Shown in pieces: positions 25,855-38,014 of a stretch of 64,000 nt of DNA. The stretch covers positions 62,001 to 126,000 of the forward strand of contig NIVC01000270.1 of the NCBI GenBank assembly GCA_002269645.1, read 5' to 3'. The translations under genes and the position numbers were made by a program. Position 1 is the stretch's first letter; every line of letters begins with the position of its first letter. The notes below the pieces were generated by a model that was not told the origin of the DNA, did no database searches, and was given only the letters and a program-made list of their open reading frames with translations. Source of the stretch: Macrostomum lignano. Taxonomy: Eukaryota.

Positions 25855-27024
25855 GCGCCTTCCCAGCTGCAGACAGGACGTGCATGTAGAATGTTTTTAG
25901 AGGCCCGTTTCCTGGAAAATGGAACTTAAAAAATTGACACGATTTTTAAGTTTTATATATTAAGGATTAATTGTGTTCACGATTTCTTACAACTTATCTT
26001 TTCCAAACATTCGTCCCTAAAACAAGAAGGATCCATATAGTTTGGATGTCTTTTTTTCTACCTATTTTTGTTTTAAAACTTAACGCAACAGTCCCCTAAA
26101 AAGCTTCTGCGCTGCTAGAGACCAGATTTTGTTTCGCTTTTTTGGTGGGTGACATTTGGTATTATTTTGAGAATCCTGATTTTCACGACAGCCAAAAAAG
26201 TGTAGATAAGAATGCCCTTACAAGCATAGGCAATGTGGTTGAGTTGGTCCTTAGCCAAATGGGATGACTTACGCCAAGGGCAGGGTTATCTTCAGTGAGG
26301 GAATTCCCCGCTACCGAAGCAGCCAATCAGCTTTTGACGGCCTTGAAGGGAACTCTCTTTTTTGGGGGGGGGGGTTGGGGGTTACAGTGTACACGCGTAG
26401 ATGAAGTATAATCTACAAGGCCTAGGAGTTGTGACGCATCCTTCGCGGGCATGTGTAATGCTCAGTGATTAACGGGGTCTGACAAATCCATAATTGTATA
26501 TCTTATATCATTATTATATGAAGTTGTGACGATAAAAGATAAATATTGTATATCAACATTCAAGTAAACTTTGATTTGTTTTACCTGTAAATGCATGTTT
26601 GACTATTAAAAAAACACAATAAATTAAGACTTCTTTCTCATGAAAGCTCAACCGGATGCTCCTCTTATGCTGAGCCTTATCCGAACTTTAAACAGGATGT
26701 TCACTAGAGAAATCGAATCTCTGGTCTTTTTTAACTATCTAATAATTTCGCAATTTCTTTATTACTTAATAGAAATGAAAATACACAGTTCGAATAGGGG
26801 AGTCGCATTTTCAATTCTGGAATTTATACGGTATAGATTTCTTTCGGATATAAATGCACGCGGTACGAAATGCTTTGGCGACTTCTCCAATGCTGACCCA
26901 TTCAATTCTGTATTTGAGTCACATTTGCATTTGTGACAATTGCTCGATCAAATTGCTAATCAATGTAAGTTTTTGCTGTGTTTCTTTCGGGATCTTTTAA
27001 TTAGAAATTGTTTGCCAATTAGAA

Positions 27025-27560
27025 TCCTCAGAAATCCGCCCCTTCCTGCTTCTTCCTCAGACTCTGCCCCATCCTCAGAATCCGCCCCTTCCTCAGAATC
27101 CGTCCTTTCTCAGAATCCGCCCCTTCCTCAGAATCCGTCCTTTCTCAGAATCCGCCCCTTCTCCAGAATCCGCCCCTTCCTGAGACTCCACCCTTCCTCA
27201 GACTCCACCCCTTCCTCAGACTCCACCCTTCCTCAGACTCCACCCTTCCTCAGACTCCACCCTTCCTCAGACTCCACCCTTCCTCAGACTCCACCCTTCC
27301 TCAGACTCCACCCTTCCTCAGACTCCACCCCTTCCTCAGACTCCACCCTTCCTCAGACTCCACCCCTTCCTCAGACTCCACCCCCTCCTTAGAATCAACC
27401 GTTCCACAGAATCCTCTTCTTACTCAGAATCCGCCCGTGAGGATCCACTCCTATTCAAGAATCCGCCCATTTCTCTGAACCCGCTCCTCTTCAGAATCCG
27501 CCCCTTCCTCAGAATCCTCCCCGTTTTCAGAATCCGCCCCTAATTTAAATCCCACCTTAA
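27025..27560. repeat. C-rich 17-18 bp minisatellite TCCTCAGACTCCACCCT
   Basis: Direct tandem repetition with degenerate edges. Confidence 0.9.
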
Positions 27561-28659
27561 TCAGAATCCACCCCTCTTCCGAATCCGGCGCGCCCTTCAC
27601 CCGTTGCCACGAATTCAAACACAACAAGCATGAAAGACAAAGAAAGCAAGAGCCAGGAAGATTCCCCCCATACAAACAAACGACCAGCGATTGCACGCGA
27701 CGACCCGCCAGGAACCAATCAAAGCCTGACCCAAATTAATATTGTTTTTCGCTTTTAACGTCAAACCCAAACAACGTCTCAAATCACCCTCTCTTGGTAA
27801 ACAAGCATCGAAGGAGGAAATTTTGCGATTTTGCATAAATTGTAATCCGAAACTTTGCTCAAAAGACAACGTACAGCAGCGAGAAGCAACCGGCCCCCTC
27901 ATCTATCATAATTATCTATTCCTACCTGCATAAAAATCGCCTTTGAAATAGGAACTATCGAATTTTCTGGGTTCTTTTAGGGGAGGAGGGCCGGTGGGGC
28001 TAATGCTAAAGGTTGTTGTTGGGGCAAAAAAACATGCGACTGCAAATGAATTGTGTGCGCAATTCTGTGTGAATAAATGCAGACAGACTAGAGCTCTCGC
28101 TCTCCGCTGCTAAGGTCCATAAGACTGGAACGCAGATATCAAAAACACGGAATAAGGGCCCGCTAAATACATCTCTTCTTCACTGCTTCGTCCGCGCAGG
28201 TAAGGACGAGTGAGAGGCGGCTTAGTCAGTCAATTGAGAATGGAAGTTCGTTGAAATACAGACCTATTTACATCCTTATAATTCTGCATCTACCCGACAA
28301 CCACCCCAACCCACCCCACCCCTTTGACAAACAGAACTTCGTCGGGGTTTCGCGCAGTTTCTAAAAATAGAACGCAATTTCGAAATTCGCAATGCACACA
28401 AGTTCTATCCTAGCGCGCAAGACGAAATTGAGTCAGTGAGCTAAAAATAGATTGGCCAAACTTCGGGCTCTTGGCCCCCTTGCTAGGGCTGCACCAGCCA
28501 ACAAGATCTGGAGGAGGATGAGACGGCTGTTCAGGGGCCCGGCCCATGCCTATTTAAACTGGGAGCGCCAAGAATCGCAGGCAGCCCCGAAAAACATCCT
28601 CGTGTGTTTGTAAAAGTTACACATCAGAAATAAATTAGAATAGGAAAATATAACGCAAA

Positions 28660-30760
28660 ATGCCAATCCTGTCATATCCCGCGGGCTCGCAGCCTCTGAT
28701 CTGCAGTATCCCGCCGCATCAGCCAGCCTCCTGGTACCAGAGGCAGCAGCAGCAGCAGCAGCCGCTTCCGCCAGATCTAGCTGTCTATTACCATCAGGCC
28801 GGCTATTGCCAGGGTGCCACCCAGCTCAGCCCGCCTCAACAGCAGCAGCAGCAGTTCGCCAACAGGCCATACGATCTCGGCTACGAGAGCGACACGAAAG
28901 AGCAACAGCAGCAGCAGCACCTTCTGCAGCAGCAGCAGAATCCGCCATACCTGTACCCGCATCCGGGTCAGCAGCCGCAGGCGCATCTCCTGCCTCCGGC
29001 CGGCGTTGCCGGAGTTGTCGCCGCGCCTCCGCCGTCGACTCCGCTAACAAAGCCGGCAGTGGTCAGTCCGGGCGGTTCGACCTGCGATTCGGCCAGAGCC
29101 GAGTCCCCAGCTGATGCTCAACTGGCCGAGGTGGCCAGCGACCTCGAGGGCTTCAGCCTCGCCGCCGGCGGACACCGGCCAGTCGATATGGCGCTGAGCC
29201 AAACGTGAGCGCTGACAGAATTTGAAATTGAAATTTTGATCTTTCTTAACCAACGACTTCCTCTGTGGGCCACTGCCTCCTCCAAGGTCCTCCATCTGTG
29301 GGCCATTGTGTCCTGGTCCTCCCTCTGTAGGTCTTAACTACCCTGTTAGTCAATTGAAGAGAGATGGTCAAACACATGGGTCAGGCATCTCATTTATCAA
29401 CGCTGCCATCCCCGCACTCCAGGATGGAGGTCGTGTGGCACCAGAGATTCGACCATTTCTTCAGCCGGTTTCCCCGGGACACCTGGCACCTGACGCCTGT
29501 GTTCGACCAGCCTGACCTGCACAACACGGGCATCGCGAAGGCGCACTGGCGCTACTTCAAGGATCAGGCCAAAGTGCGGTTCATCTGCACGGTGAGAATC
29601 TGGTAGCTTTGGTCCTTTGGTTGGGTTATGGTTGGGTCACATTACTCGATGGTTGGGTCACATTACTCGATGGTTGGGTCACATTACTCGATGGTTGGGT
29701 CACATTACTCAATGGTTGGGTCACACTTGCGTCATTACTCGAGATGGTTGGGTCACACTTGCGTCATTACTCGAAATGGTTGGGTCACACTTACTTGCGT
29801 CATTACTCGAAATGGTTGGGTCACACTTGCGTCATTACTCGAAATGGTTGGGTCACACTTGCGTCATTACTCGAGATGGTTGGGTCACACTTGCGCCATT
29901 ACTCGAAATGGTTGGGTCACACTTGTGCCATCACTCGAGATGGTTGGGTCACACTTGCGTCATTACTCGAGATGGTGGGGTCACACTTGCGTCATTACTC
30001 GAGATGGTTGGGTCACACTTGCGCCATTACTCGAGATGGTTGGGTCAGACTTGCGCCATTACTCGAGATGGTTGGGTCACGCTTGCGCCATTACTCGAGA
30101 TGGTTGGGTCACACTTGCACTATTACTCGAGATGGTTGGGTCACACTTGCACTATTACTCGAGATGGTTGGGTCACACTTGCACCATTACTCGAGATGGT
30201 TGGGTCAGACTTGCACTATTACTCGAGATGGTTGGGTCACACTTGCACTATTACTCGAGATGGTTGGGTCACGCTTGCACTATTACTCGAGATGGTTGGG
30301 TCACACTTGCGTCATTACTCGAGATGGTTGGGTCACACTTGCACTATTACTCGAGATGGTTGGGTCACACTGCGCCATTACCATTTTGCACATACAGAGC
30401 TGCCAGAAGGCGTGGACCAGCATGGGCGGCCAGGTGATATTCTGGATCTATCGGGACCCGACTCGCAACGCTGGCTACGTGAGCTTCAAGCTCTACGGCC
30501 AGAAGTGCTCCGACTGCTGCCCGGAATACTACGAGCACGCCATCTGGTACCAGGAGGAGGTGGAGAAGGTGGTTGAGAATCTGTTCCAGCACGTCGGCCA
30601 GCTGTACTATGGCTACCAGCCGCAGCGCCGTCGAGTTGACAGACGAGCCGGGCAGCCCAGGAAAGAGCACAGCACGGCTACATGCCAGGCCTGCCAAGAG
30701 AACGTCTGCCGCATGGGCCAGGTGTTGCGCAAGAAGATGCGTACAGAATTGGCGGCTTGA
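28660..30760 (+). CDS. RTP-like zf-3CxxC protein with Q/P-rich N-terminus, 358 aa; exons 28660-29204, 29423-29591, 30398-30760
   Basis: Spliced product gives W...F....RFICTSCQKAWTS..QVIF...FKLYGQKCSDC...EHSTATCQACQENVC, the receptor-transporting-protein 3CxxC pattern; GT-AG introns keep frame; no C-terminal TM helix. Confidence 0.85.
29620..30380. repeat. 32-bp (and 21-bp) minisatellite GATGGTTGGGTCACACTTGCGTCATTACTCGA in intron 2 of the 3CxxC gene
   Basis: Direct tandem repetition; explains the artefactual N-terminus of ORF 29609-30760. Confidence 0.95.
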
Positions 30761-31646
30761 AGCAGAACGTTTTTTTATCGATTGGTTAACTAAGCTGCTA
30801 TTCTTAATTGCTAATTAATGGTTAATTAACCTGCTTCAATGATTAGCAATAATTTGAATTGGCGCCAACAAAAGACTTTTGTCGTGCGCGCGCGCGAATT
30901 CAAATTTTTGAATCAACTGAGCAAAACTAACCTGCATATCCGTTACAGACTGCAGCGTTTTTGTCGCGACTGAAGGCCAACCTTTCCTTATCATTTTTCG
31001 ATACATTGCTCTCCCCCAATTCGTGTCTCCGTCTGCCTACTCGTCAGTAGAAATTCATGAATATTGTGCGATTATTTTACGTTGTTTATAAAAAAATACT
31101 ACTTATCGTTGAGTTCCAACTCTTGCTGTGTTAACCGCCAACTAGTTCGTAAATAGTTTTTTTTCTGTTGCCCGTCTTTACTTTGTTTATCTCTCCTACC
31201 AGCTGGTTATGCGATAGTTTAATATTAATAATTATAAATTGTTCTCTGTAATTAATGTTACAATCCATAGCGCGTGACATTCATTCCCTCATTAGAATTT
31301 TTGTTCTTTTGTTACACTCACTAATGTGTCTATATCTATATACTTGTGTCTATTTGACTTGCAACATATGAGTATCATTACTATTAATCTGTCGTAATTC
31401 AATATTGATTATTAATATTTCCATTACAAAGCATATAGACATGTATATAAGCATGTAGCCATTCATTGACATTGTGCGATCTCTGTAGGAAAATGTTTTA
31501 CCGCATCTAAAAATAAAATAAATAAATAAAAAGATCACACAGTTGCATTAATGCGCTCTTTGTAAAATTCTTAGCTTTAAAATCAATTGGTTCGATTGGC
31601 CTCGAAACTCGTTTTTTATACATTCGGTTCTGATTATGAATGAATT

Positions 31647-32095
31647 AGATTGCAGTAGGGATCTGACTGGATTGCAGTAGGGATCTGACTGGATTGCAGT
31701 AGGGATCTGACTGGATTGCAGTAGGGATCTGACTGGATTGCAGTAGGGAGCTGACTGGATTGCAGTAGGGATCTGACTGGATTGCAGTAGGGATCTGACT
31801 GGATTGCAGTAGGGATCTGACTGGATTGCAGTAGGGATCTGACTGGATTGCAGTAGGGATCTGACTGGATTGCAGTAGGGATCTGACTGGATTGCAGTAG
31901 GGAGCTGACTGGATTGCAGTAGGGATCTGACTGGATTGCAGTAGGGATCTGACTGGATTGCAGTAGGGATATGACTGGATTGCAGTAGGGATCTGACTGG
32001 ATTGCAGTAGGGATATGACTGGATTGCAGTAGGGATATGACTGGATTGCAGCAGAGATCTGACTGGATTGCAGCAGAGATCTGACTAGATTGCTA
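31647..32095. repeat. 22-bp minisatellite TGACTGGATTGCAGTAGGGATC
   Basis: About 20 tandem units. Confidence 0.95.
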
Positions 32096-32974
32096 TAACC
32101 ATAACAATAAGTTGTTCCTTAACTACTCATAGTAGTCACAAAAGTCTCGCTTTGATTACCGATTTGTTGAACAATTTTTCTCTAATTTTTAGTATAGTTT
32201 AACGGTTTACGGCCAGCAAGCGGTTGGTGATACTTGTATATATTTTGAAGTCAAATTATCTGCAGTAAACCATTGAACTGAGTGATTTTATTTCTTAAAC
32301 TTAAGTGCGCAGAAAACTCTGTTTAAGAAAATTGCGCTTTAGAAATCTTCTATACCTTTAAAATGAAAACTATGTGTTTCTGTGTACAATTTACTTCGCT
32401 ATGGACTCCCAAACCGCTCAACCAAGTGTTGCACCCACCCTAAACTCACTACAGGCTACCTTAAAATTTCATAAATTTAAGTCTTCCTACATACTAAAAT
32501 TCTTACCTAAAAGTGCAAAAAAACTGCTCAAAATGCGCGATTTATTCACTTAACCTTCCATAGCGCCGCTCCAGTTTTTCCAATCCTACTCAACTATGAC
32601 ACAATCGTGTAAAATTTCGAGTCAGAAAGTTAATTCTGAACGGCGCTGTGCACTTTTAAAGTTAGTCTCTGCGTTTTGTCTGCGAGACAGCCACCCCAAC
32701 CTCCGCCTCTCTTACTTTCCTTTATTTGGCGAGATGTGGAAAAGAAGTTTTAAAATTGACTAACTTTCGGCTGCCATAAGTTTGCTCCAGGTAAAGCGAT
32801 TGACTTCAAACTTAACACAATTTTTTATTCACTTATTATCTGTCTAATTATAAAGTTTCAACTCTGTAATTCAATCAGAACGGAAACTGTAGGCATGTAA
32901 AGTTTGTCTGATTTTTCTGGTCGGCAGACTTTTACCTCAAAGGCCAGATAAAGAATCCAGCTCACGGCTACTGG

Positions 32975-33865
32975 TCAGATGAGAGTGAAAAAGAGAGAGA
33001 ATAGACAATTATAAAAAGGGAGGAGAGGCGAGATAGGGGATGAGAGAAAGGATAGAAGATAAGAGGAAAGACGAGGTAAGGAGAGAGAGAAGGGAGAAGA
33101 CAGGAGAGAAGAGGGGAGGGAGAAGTGAGAGGAGAGGGGAGATAAGAAGGGAGAGAGAGAAAGAGGGCCAGAGAAGCGAGAGGAGAGAGTAGAGGTGAGA
33201 AGACTGAGGGAGAATCGAGAGGAGAGAGTAGAGATGAGCGAACGCTGTGGAGAGAGAAGAGATAAGACAGGAGAGAGGAGAGATGAGAGAGGAGAGATTA
33301 GAAAGGAGAGATGAGACAGTAAAGGGAAGAATGAGAGAGAACAGAGAAGAGATAAGATGAGACAGATGAGACAGATGAAAGGAGAGATGATAGGGAGAGA
33401 GTATAGATGAGAGAATAGAGGAGAGGAGAAAGGAAAGAGACGCGTCAGAAGAGGGGGAGAAAAGAGTACAGAGGAGAGAGGTGAGAGAACAGATAAGAGA
33501 GTAAAGATGACAAAAGAGAGAGGGGGGAGATGAGAGAGCAGAGAAGAAAGTGAAGAGACGAGAGATGAGAAGAGAGAGGAGAGGAAAGATGAGGGATCAA
33601 TGGAGAGAGGAGCGATAGAAGAAAGGAAGAGAGGAGAGAGAAGAGATAACAGAGCAGAGATAACAGAGACTGGAGGAGAGAGGAGAGAGGTGAGAAGAGA
33701 GGTGTGAGAGCAGAGACAAGAGAGAAGAGACGAGAAGAGCGTAGAGAGGAGAGAGTAGAAATTAGAGAGCAGAGGGTAGATAGGAGAGAGCAGAGATGAG
33801 AGAAAAGAGTAGAGAGGAGAGGTGAGATAAAAAGAGGAAGGATAAGAGAGGAGAGAGGAGAGAGA
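32975..33865. repeat. ~900-bp polypurine (GA-rich) low-complexity tract
   Basis: Almost only A/G on the + strand; followed by a few GTATCCAAGGCC units. Confidence 0.9.
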
Positions 33866-34392
33866 AGACGTATCCAAGGCCGTATCCAAGGCCGTTTCCA
33901 AGGCCGTATCCAAGGCCGACTCTATTACGTGTATTTAATACACAAAAGTTACCATAATCCGTGTTGAGAAGAAGACGCTTGTTGACCACTCAAAGGCATC
34001 ATACAGTACAGGCACTGTAGCTCAACACAGATTAATCACCTGCAAAAGTCCTGCCTTGTCCTCGGTACCAAATTACCTGACCTGGGCTCCAGCCTCTCAT
34101 TACACTGTGTATAACAGATCAGATTTCGCATCCGAAACTGTAAACCCCAATTCAAAAGACAGATTTTTTAGGATTAACGGGGGCCAAATCATGTCAGTGG
34201 TAAATAACCCAAATTTGATTGGTTATTTGATTTTGCGTTGTCTTCTGAAATTACAATGCCTGACGATATGAAAGTCAGGACAGCTGTACACCCTGTGTGA
34301 GCGTGTGCATTGCAGGATGCGGGTTGACCGGAAGTCCCCCACTCCCATCAAGTGCTGTTAGAACCAATTTGAGTTTTAGCCACATGCAACTA

Positions 34393-34667
34393 TTAGGGTG
34401 CCCAGGTTAGGGTGCCCAGGTTAGGGTGCCCAGGTTAGGGTGCCCAGGTTAGGGTGCCCAGGTTAGGGTGCCCAGGTTAGGGTGCCCAGGTTAGGGTGCC
34501 CAGGTTAGGGTGCCCAGGTTAGGGTGCCCAGGTTAGGGTGCCCAGGTTAGGGTGCCCAGGTTAGGGTGCCCAGGTTAGGGTGCCCAGGTTAGGGTGCCCA
34601 GGTTAGGGTGCCCAGGTTAGGGTGCCCAGGTTAGGGTGCCCAGGTTAGGGTGCCCAGGTTAGGGTGC
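34393..34667. repeat. Perfect 14-bp repeat TTAGGGTGCCCAGG, ~20 copies
   Basis: Directly visible; each unit contains TTAGGG. Confidence 0.97.
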
Positions 34668-35069
34668 TTACTAACAGGCTTGTTTCGAGCCCCTATCATT
34701 TGTTAGCTCGGTTTAACGTCACCTTTGACGTCCCTTCTTGGCTGCTCCAGTGTGTTTAGCTACGAGCCTCGTATCTTTCTCTCTCCCATTCTCTCTAGCC
34801 TGCTGTTAGTTTTGTCAATTTTATGCTCCTTAGGCCCGCAAGTTTGATTTGTCAGCCTTTTACAGTTGGCTCTCTTATTTGCCTTTGACTAAAAAGTGCT
34901 CAACAAAAGTTCCTCCATCTACTGTAAATGCACGTCTATACGTGTCTTAGTCTAGGCTGACAGGATGTTCTTTTACTAGAGTTTTCTGTTCAGATTCATC
35001 ACTCTTTTGAAAGTTTGTTCTCTGAATCAGTCCTCTGACATTTTCCCCTCACTCTGAACACTGGAGCAC

Positions 35070-35780
35070 TCACTCTTCTGACAGTTTGCTCTTTTCTGAC
35101 TGAGCACTCACTCTTCCAAGTTTTTATTTTTCTGACTAAGCACTCTTTTTACAGTTTGCCCTTTCTGACTGAGCACTCTTCTAACAGTGTGCTCTCCTCT
35201 GACTGAGCACTCTTATGATAGTTTGCTCTCCTCTAACTGAGCACTCTTCTGACAGTTTGCTCTCCTCTGACTGAGCACTCTTCTGACAGTTTGCTCTCCT
35301 CTGACTGAGCACTCTTCTGACAGTTTGCTCTCCTCTAACTCAGCACTCTTCTGACAGTTTGCTCTCCTCTGACTGAGCACACTTCTGACAGTTTGCTCTC
35401 CTCTGACTGAGCACTCTTCTGACAGTTTGCTCTCCTCTGGCTGAGCACTCTTCTGACAGTTTGCTCTCCTCTGACTGAGCACTCTTCTGACAGTTTGCTC
35501 TCCTCTGACTGAGCACTCTTCTGACAGTTTGCTCTCCTCTGACTGAGCACTCTTCTGACAGTTTGCTCTCCTCTGACTGAGCACTCTTCTGACAGTTTGC
35601 TCTCCTCTGACTGAGCACTCTTCTGACAGTTTGCTCTCCTCTGACTGAGCACTCTTCTGACAGTTTGCTCTCCTCTGACTGAGCACTCTTCTGACAGTTT
35701 GCTCTCCTCTGACTGAGCACTCTTCTGACAGTTTGCTCTCCTCTGACTGAGCACTCTTCTGACAGTTTGCTCTCCTCTGG
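35070..35780. repeat. 34-bp minisatellite CTGACTGAGCACTCTTCTGACAGTTTGCTCTCCT
   Basis: Direct tandem repetition. Confidence 0.95.
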
Positions 35781-36127
35781 ATGAGCTTGAGAAGCGAATA
35801 ACTATAAGGAAATGTTAGAAGCAACGTTTTCATAAGGAAAGCAGTTGTTACTGATGCAGTATAACATCGATTTCTTGTAGAGCTCGAGCTCAGTAGCTAT
35901 GTAATCCGCTTCAGACCGTAATCTCCAGTGCTCCTCATCGATAGAACTTCTCATACGAGTCTCCACTCAGCTTTCTCCGATCGATGCGCGCGCATAAATT
36001 TAAAGCTACTCGAAAATAAATATGACTAGGTGTGTGCGCATGTGAAGTGCAGGACCATCTGGGAGAAAACGAATTGGAGATCGGGTTGGAGATCAAAGCA
36101 AGATAACGAAAGAAATTTACATGATGA

Positions 36128-36480
36128 TCTGGAATAAACTGGAATGAACTGGAATAAACTGCAATGAACTGGAATAAACTGCAATGAACTGGAATAAACT
36201 GGAATAAACTGGAATGAACTGGAATGAACTGGAATAAACTGGAATAAACTGCAATGAACTGGAATAAACTGGAATAAACTGGAATGAACTGGAATGAACT
36301 GGAATAAACTGGAATAAACTGCAATGAACTGGAATGAACAGGAATAAACTGGAATGAACTGGAATGAACTGGAATAAACTGGAATGAACTGGAATGAACT
36401 GGAGTGAACTGCAATGAACTGGAATGAACTGGAATGAACTGGAATGAACTGGGATGAATTGGCATGAACTACAATGATCT
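36128..36480. repeat. 10-bp repeat GGAATRAACT
   Basis: Direct tandem repetition. Confidence 0.93.
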
Positions 36481-37109
36481 GGTATAAAGATGGAATGACA
36501 TCGAATGTCCGAATGAAATGAAATAAAATAGATGGAATTGGATCAAAGACTCAGACACTGATAAAGAAGGATCAAGAGGGATATATTGTATAAGCTAAAA
36601 ATAGAACAAAATTCGGTCAGAAATCGCAAGCCTACTTAAGAGTTGATAAGTCAGTCAGTCTCCATTATAAGCCACTGCTGCTGCTGCTGCTGCTCTAAGC
36701 TGCGAATTTTATGAATCTAGGCGAGAGGACGAAAATTGGATTCGTCACCGCCCCGCCGCCGCCCCCCGGGGATATTCGATGACTAAAAGCTCTGCCTACT
36801 CCCCTTCCCTATCGTCTAGCTATCCCTAAACTACACACGATGATTCCAAATGCCTGAAACGCCTCTATCAACAGTTCTTTATAGGGCCCTGAGATTTTAG
36901 CTGCAGCATCAACATTGCTATCTTCTTCTGTACGGTCTCTTTCTTCCCCATCTCATCATCCCTTCCCCTCCCTCCAAAGTTCCCTTTTCCCTCTCCCCCT
37001 AGCAGAACATTTTCTTCCCAAAACCAAAATCATGTGAGCGAGCAACCCAGAAATCCTCCCCTATCTTACCATCCAGTAACTCCCCATGGCTTAATACTGC
37101 AGTAGTAAA

Positions 37110-37490
37110 TACAGCAAGGATACATGAGATGGGAGATGAGAAGATGAGATGAGAGGATAAGAAGATAAGATGAGAGGATAAGAAGATAAGATGAGAGGAT
37201 ACATGAAATGGGAGATGAAAGGATATATGAGATGGCAGATGAGAGGATTACATGAGATGAGAGATGAGAGGATATAAATAAGAGGAGAGATGAGAGGATA
37301 ATACATGAGATGAGAGATAAGAGGATATACATAAGAGGAGAGATAAGAAGATAAGATGAGAGGATACATGAGATGGGAGATTAGAGTATACATAAGAGGA
37401 TATACATAAGAGGAGAGATGAGAGGATAATACATGAGATGAGAGATGAGAGGATATACATAAGAGGAGAGATGAGAGTAGCTGAGAAGAG
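37110..37490. repeat. Purine-rich degenerate repeat (GATGAGAGGATA-like)
   Basis: Directly visible. Confidence 0.8.
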
Positions 37491-38014
37491 ACACAAACCT
37501 CATTGCTACTCTGAAGTGTCAAAGGACCCGAGGTCGGAGTTGCCTATTGATAGCTGTGGGAAGCATGATTGACAAGATCGAGGGATGCAAAGCATAAGAA
37601 TTGGAAATTTGAACAGATGCAAAAGCTCGTTGAAATGGTGGCGGAGAGAGTCCATCTCATCCTCAACCACTTGCCACTCACGCCATGCGCGGTTAAGATG
37701 GGAGACGAGCTCAAGAAAGAGGAGAAAGACTCGTTTCCTCAACGCCCCCTGCCTACCTTCACTTTCTCTTCTTCATCGAGATTCAGCTGAGTACAGGGAG
37801 CTTCCCCATTGGTCCGAAATTTGTTCGCCAAAACAGCCGCGAGACAGACAGGCTGCAAGGGGGGGGGCAGCTCGGCCAGCACTCGGGCAAGAAGCAGGAG
37901 AGGCAGAACAGTTTTTTAAAGAATTTTCTAGAAAACTTTCTTCTCGGTCTTGGGGGTTAGCTCTCCTAGTAGAAACAGCAACAAACTTCTGGTTGAACTC
38001 TTCTTCTTGCAAGC

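Noticed and set aside
35810-35960. 50-codon minus ORF MRSSIDEEHWRLRSEADYIATELELYKKSMLYC...
   Set aside because: Protein-like but no family recognised and no supporting exon partners.
37506-38012. Overlapping ORFs on both strands upstream of the carbonic anhydrase start
   Set aside because: No recognisable motifs; likely 5' UTR/promoter or TE debris.
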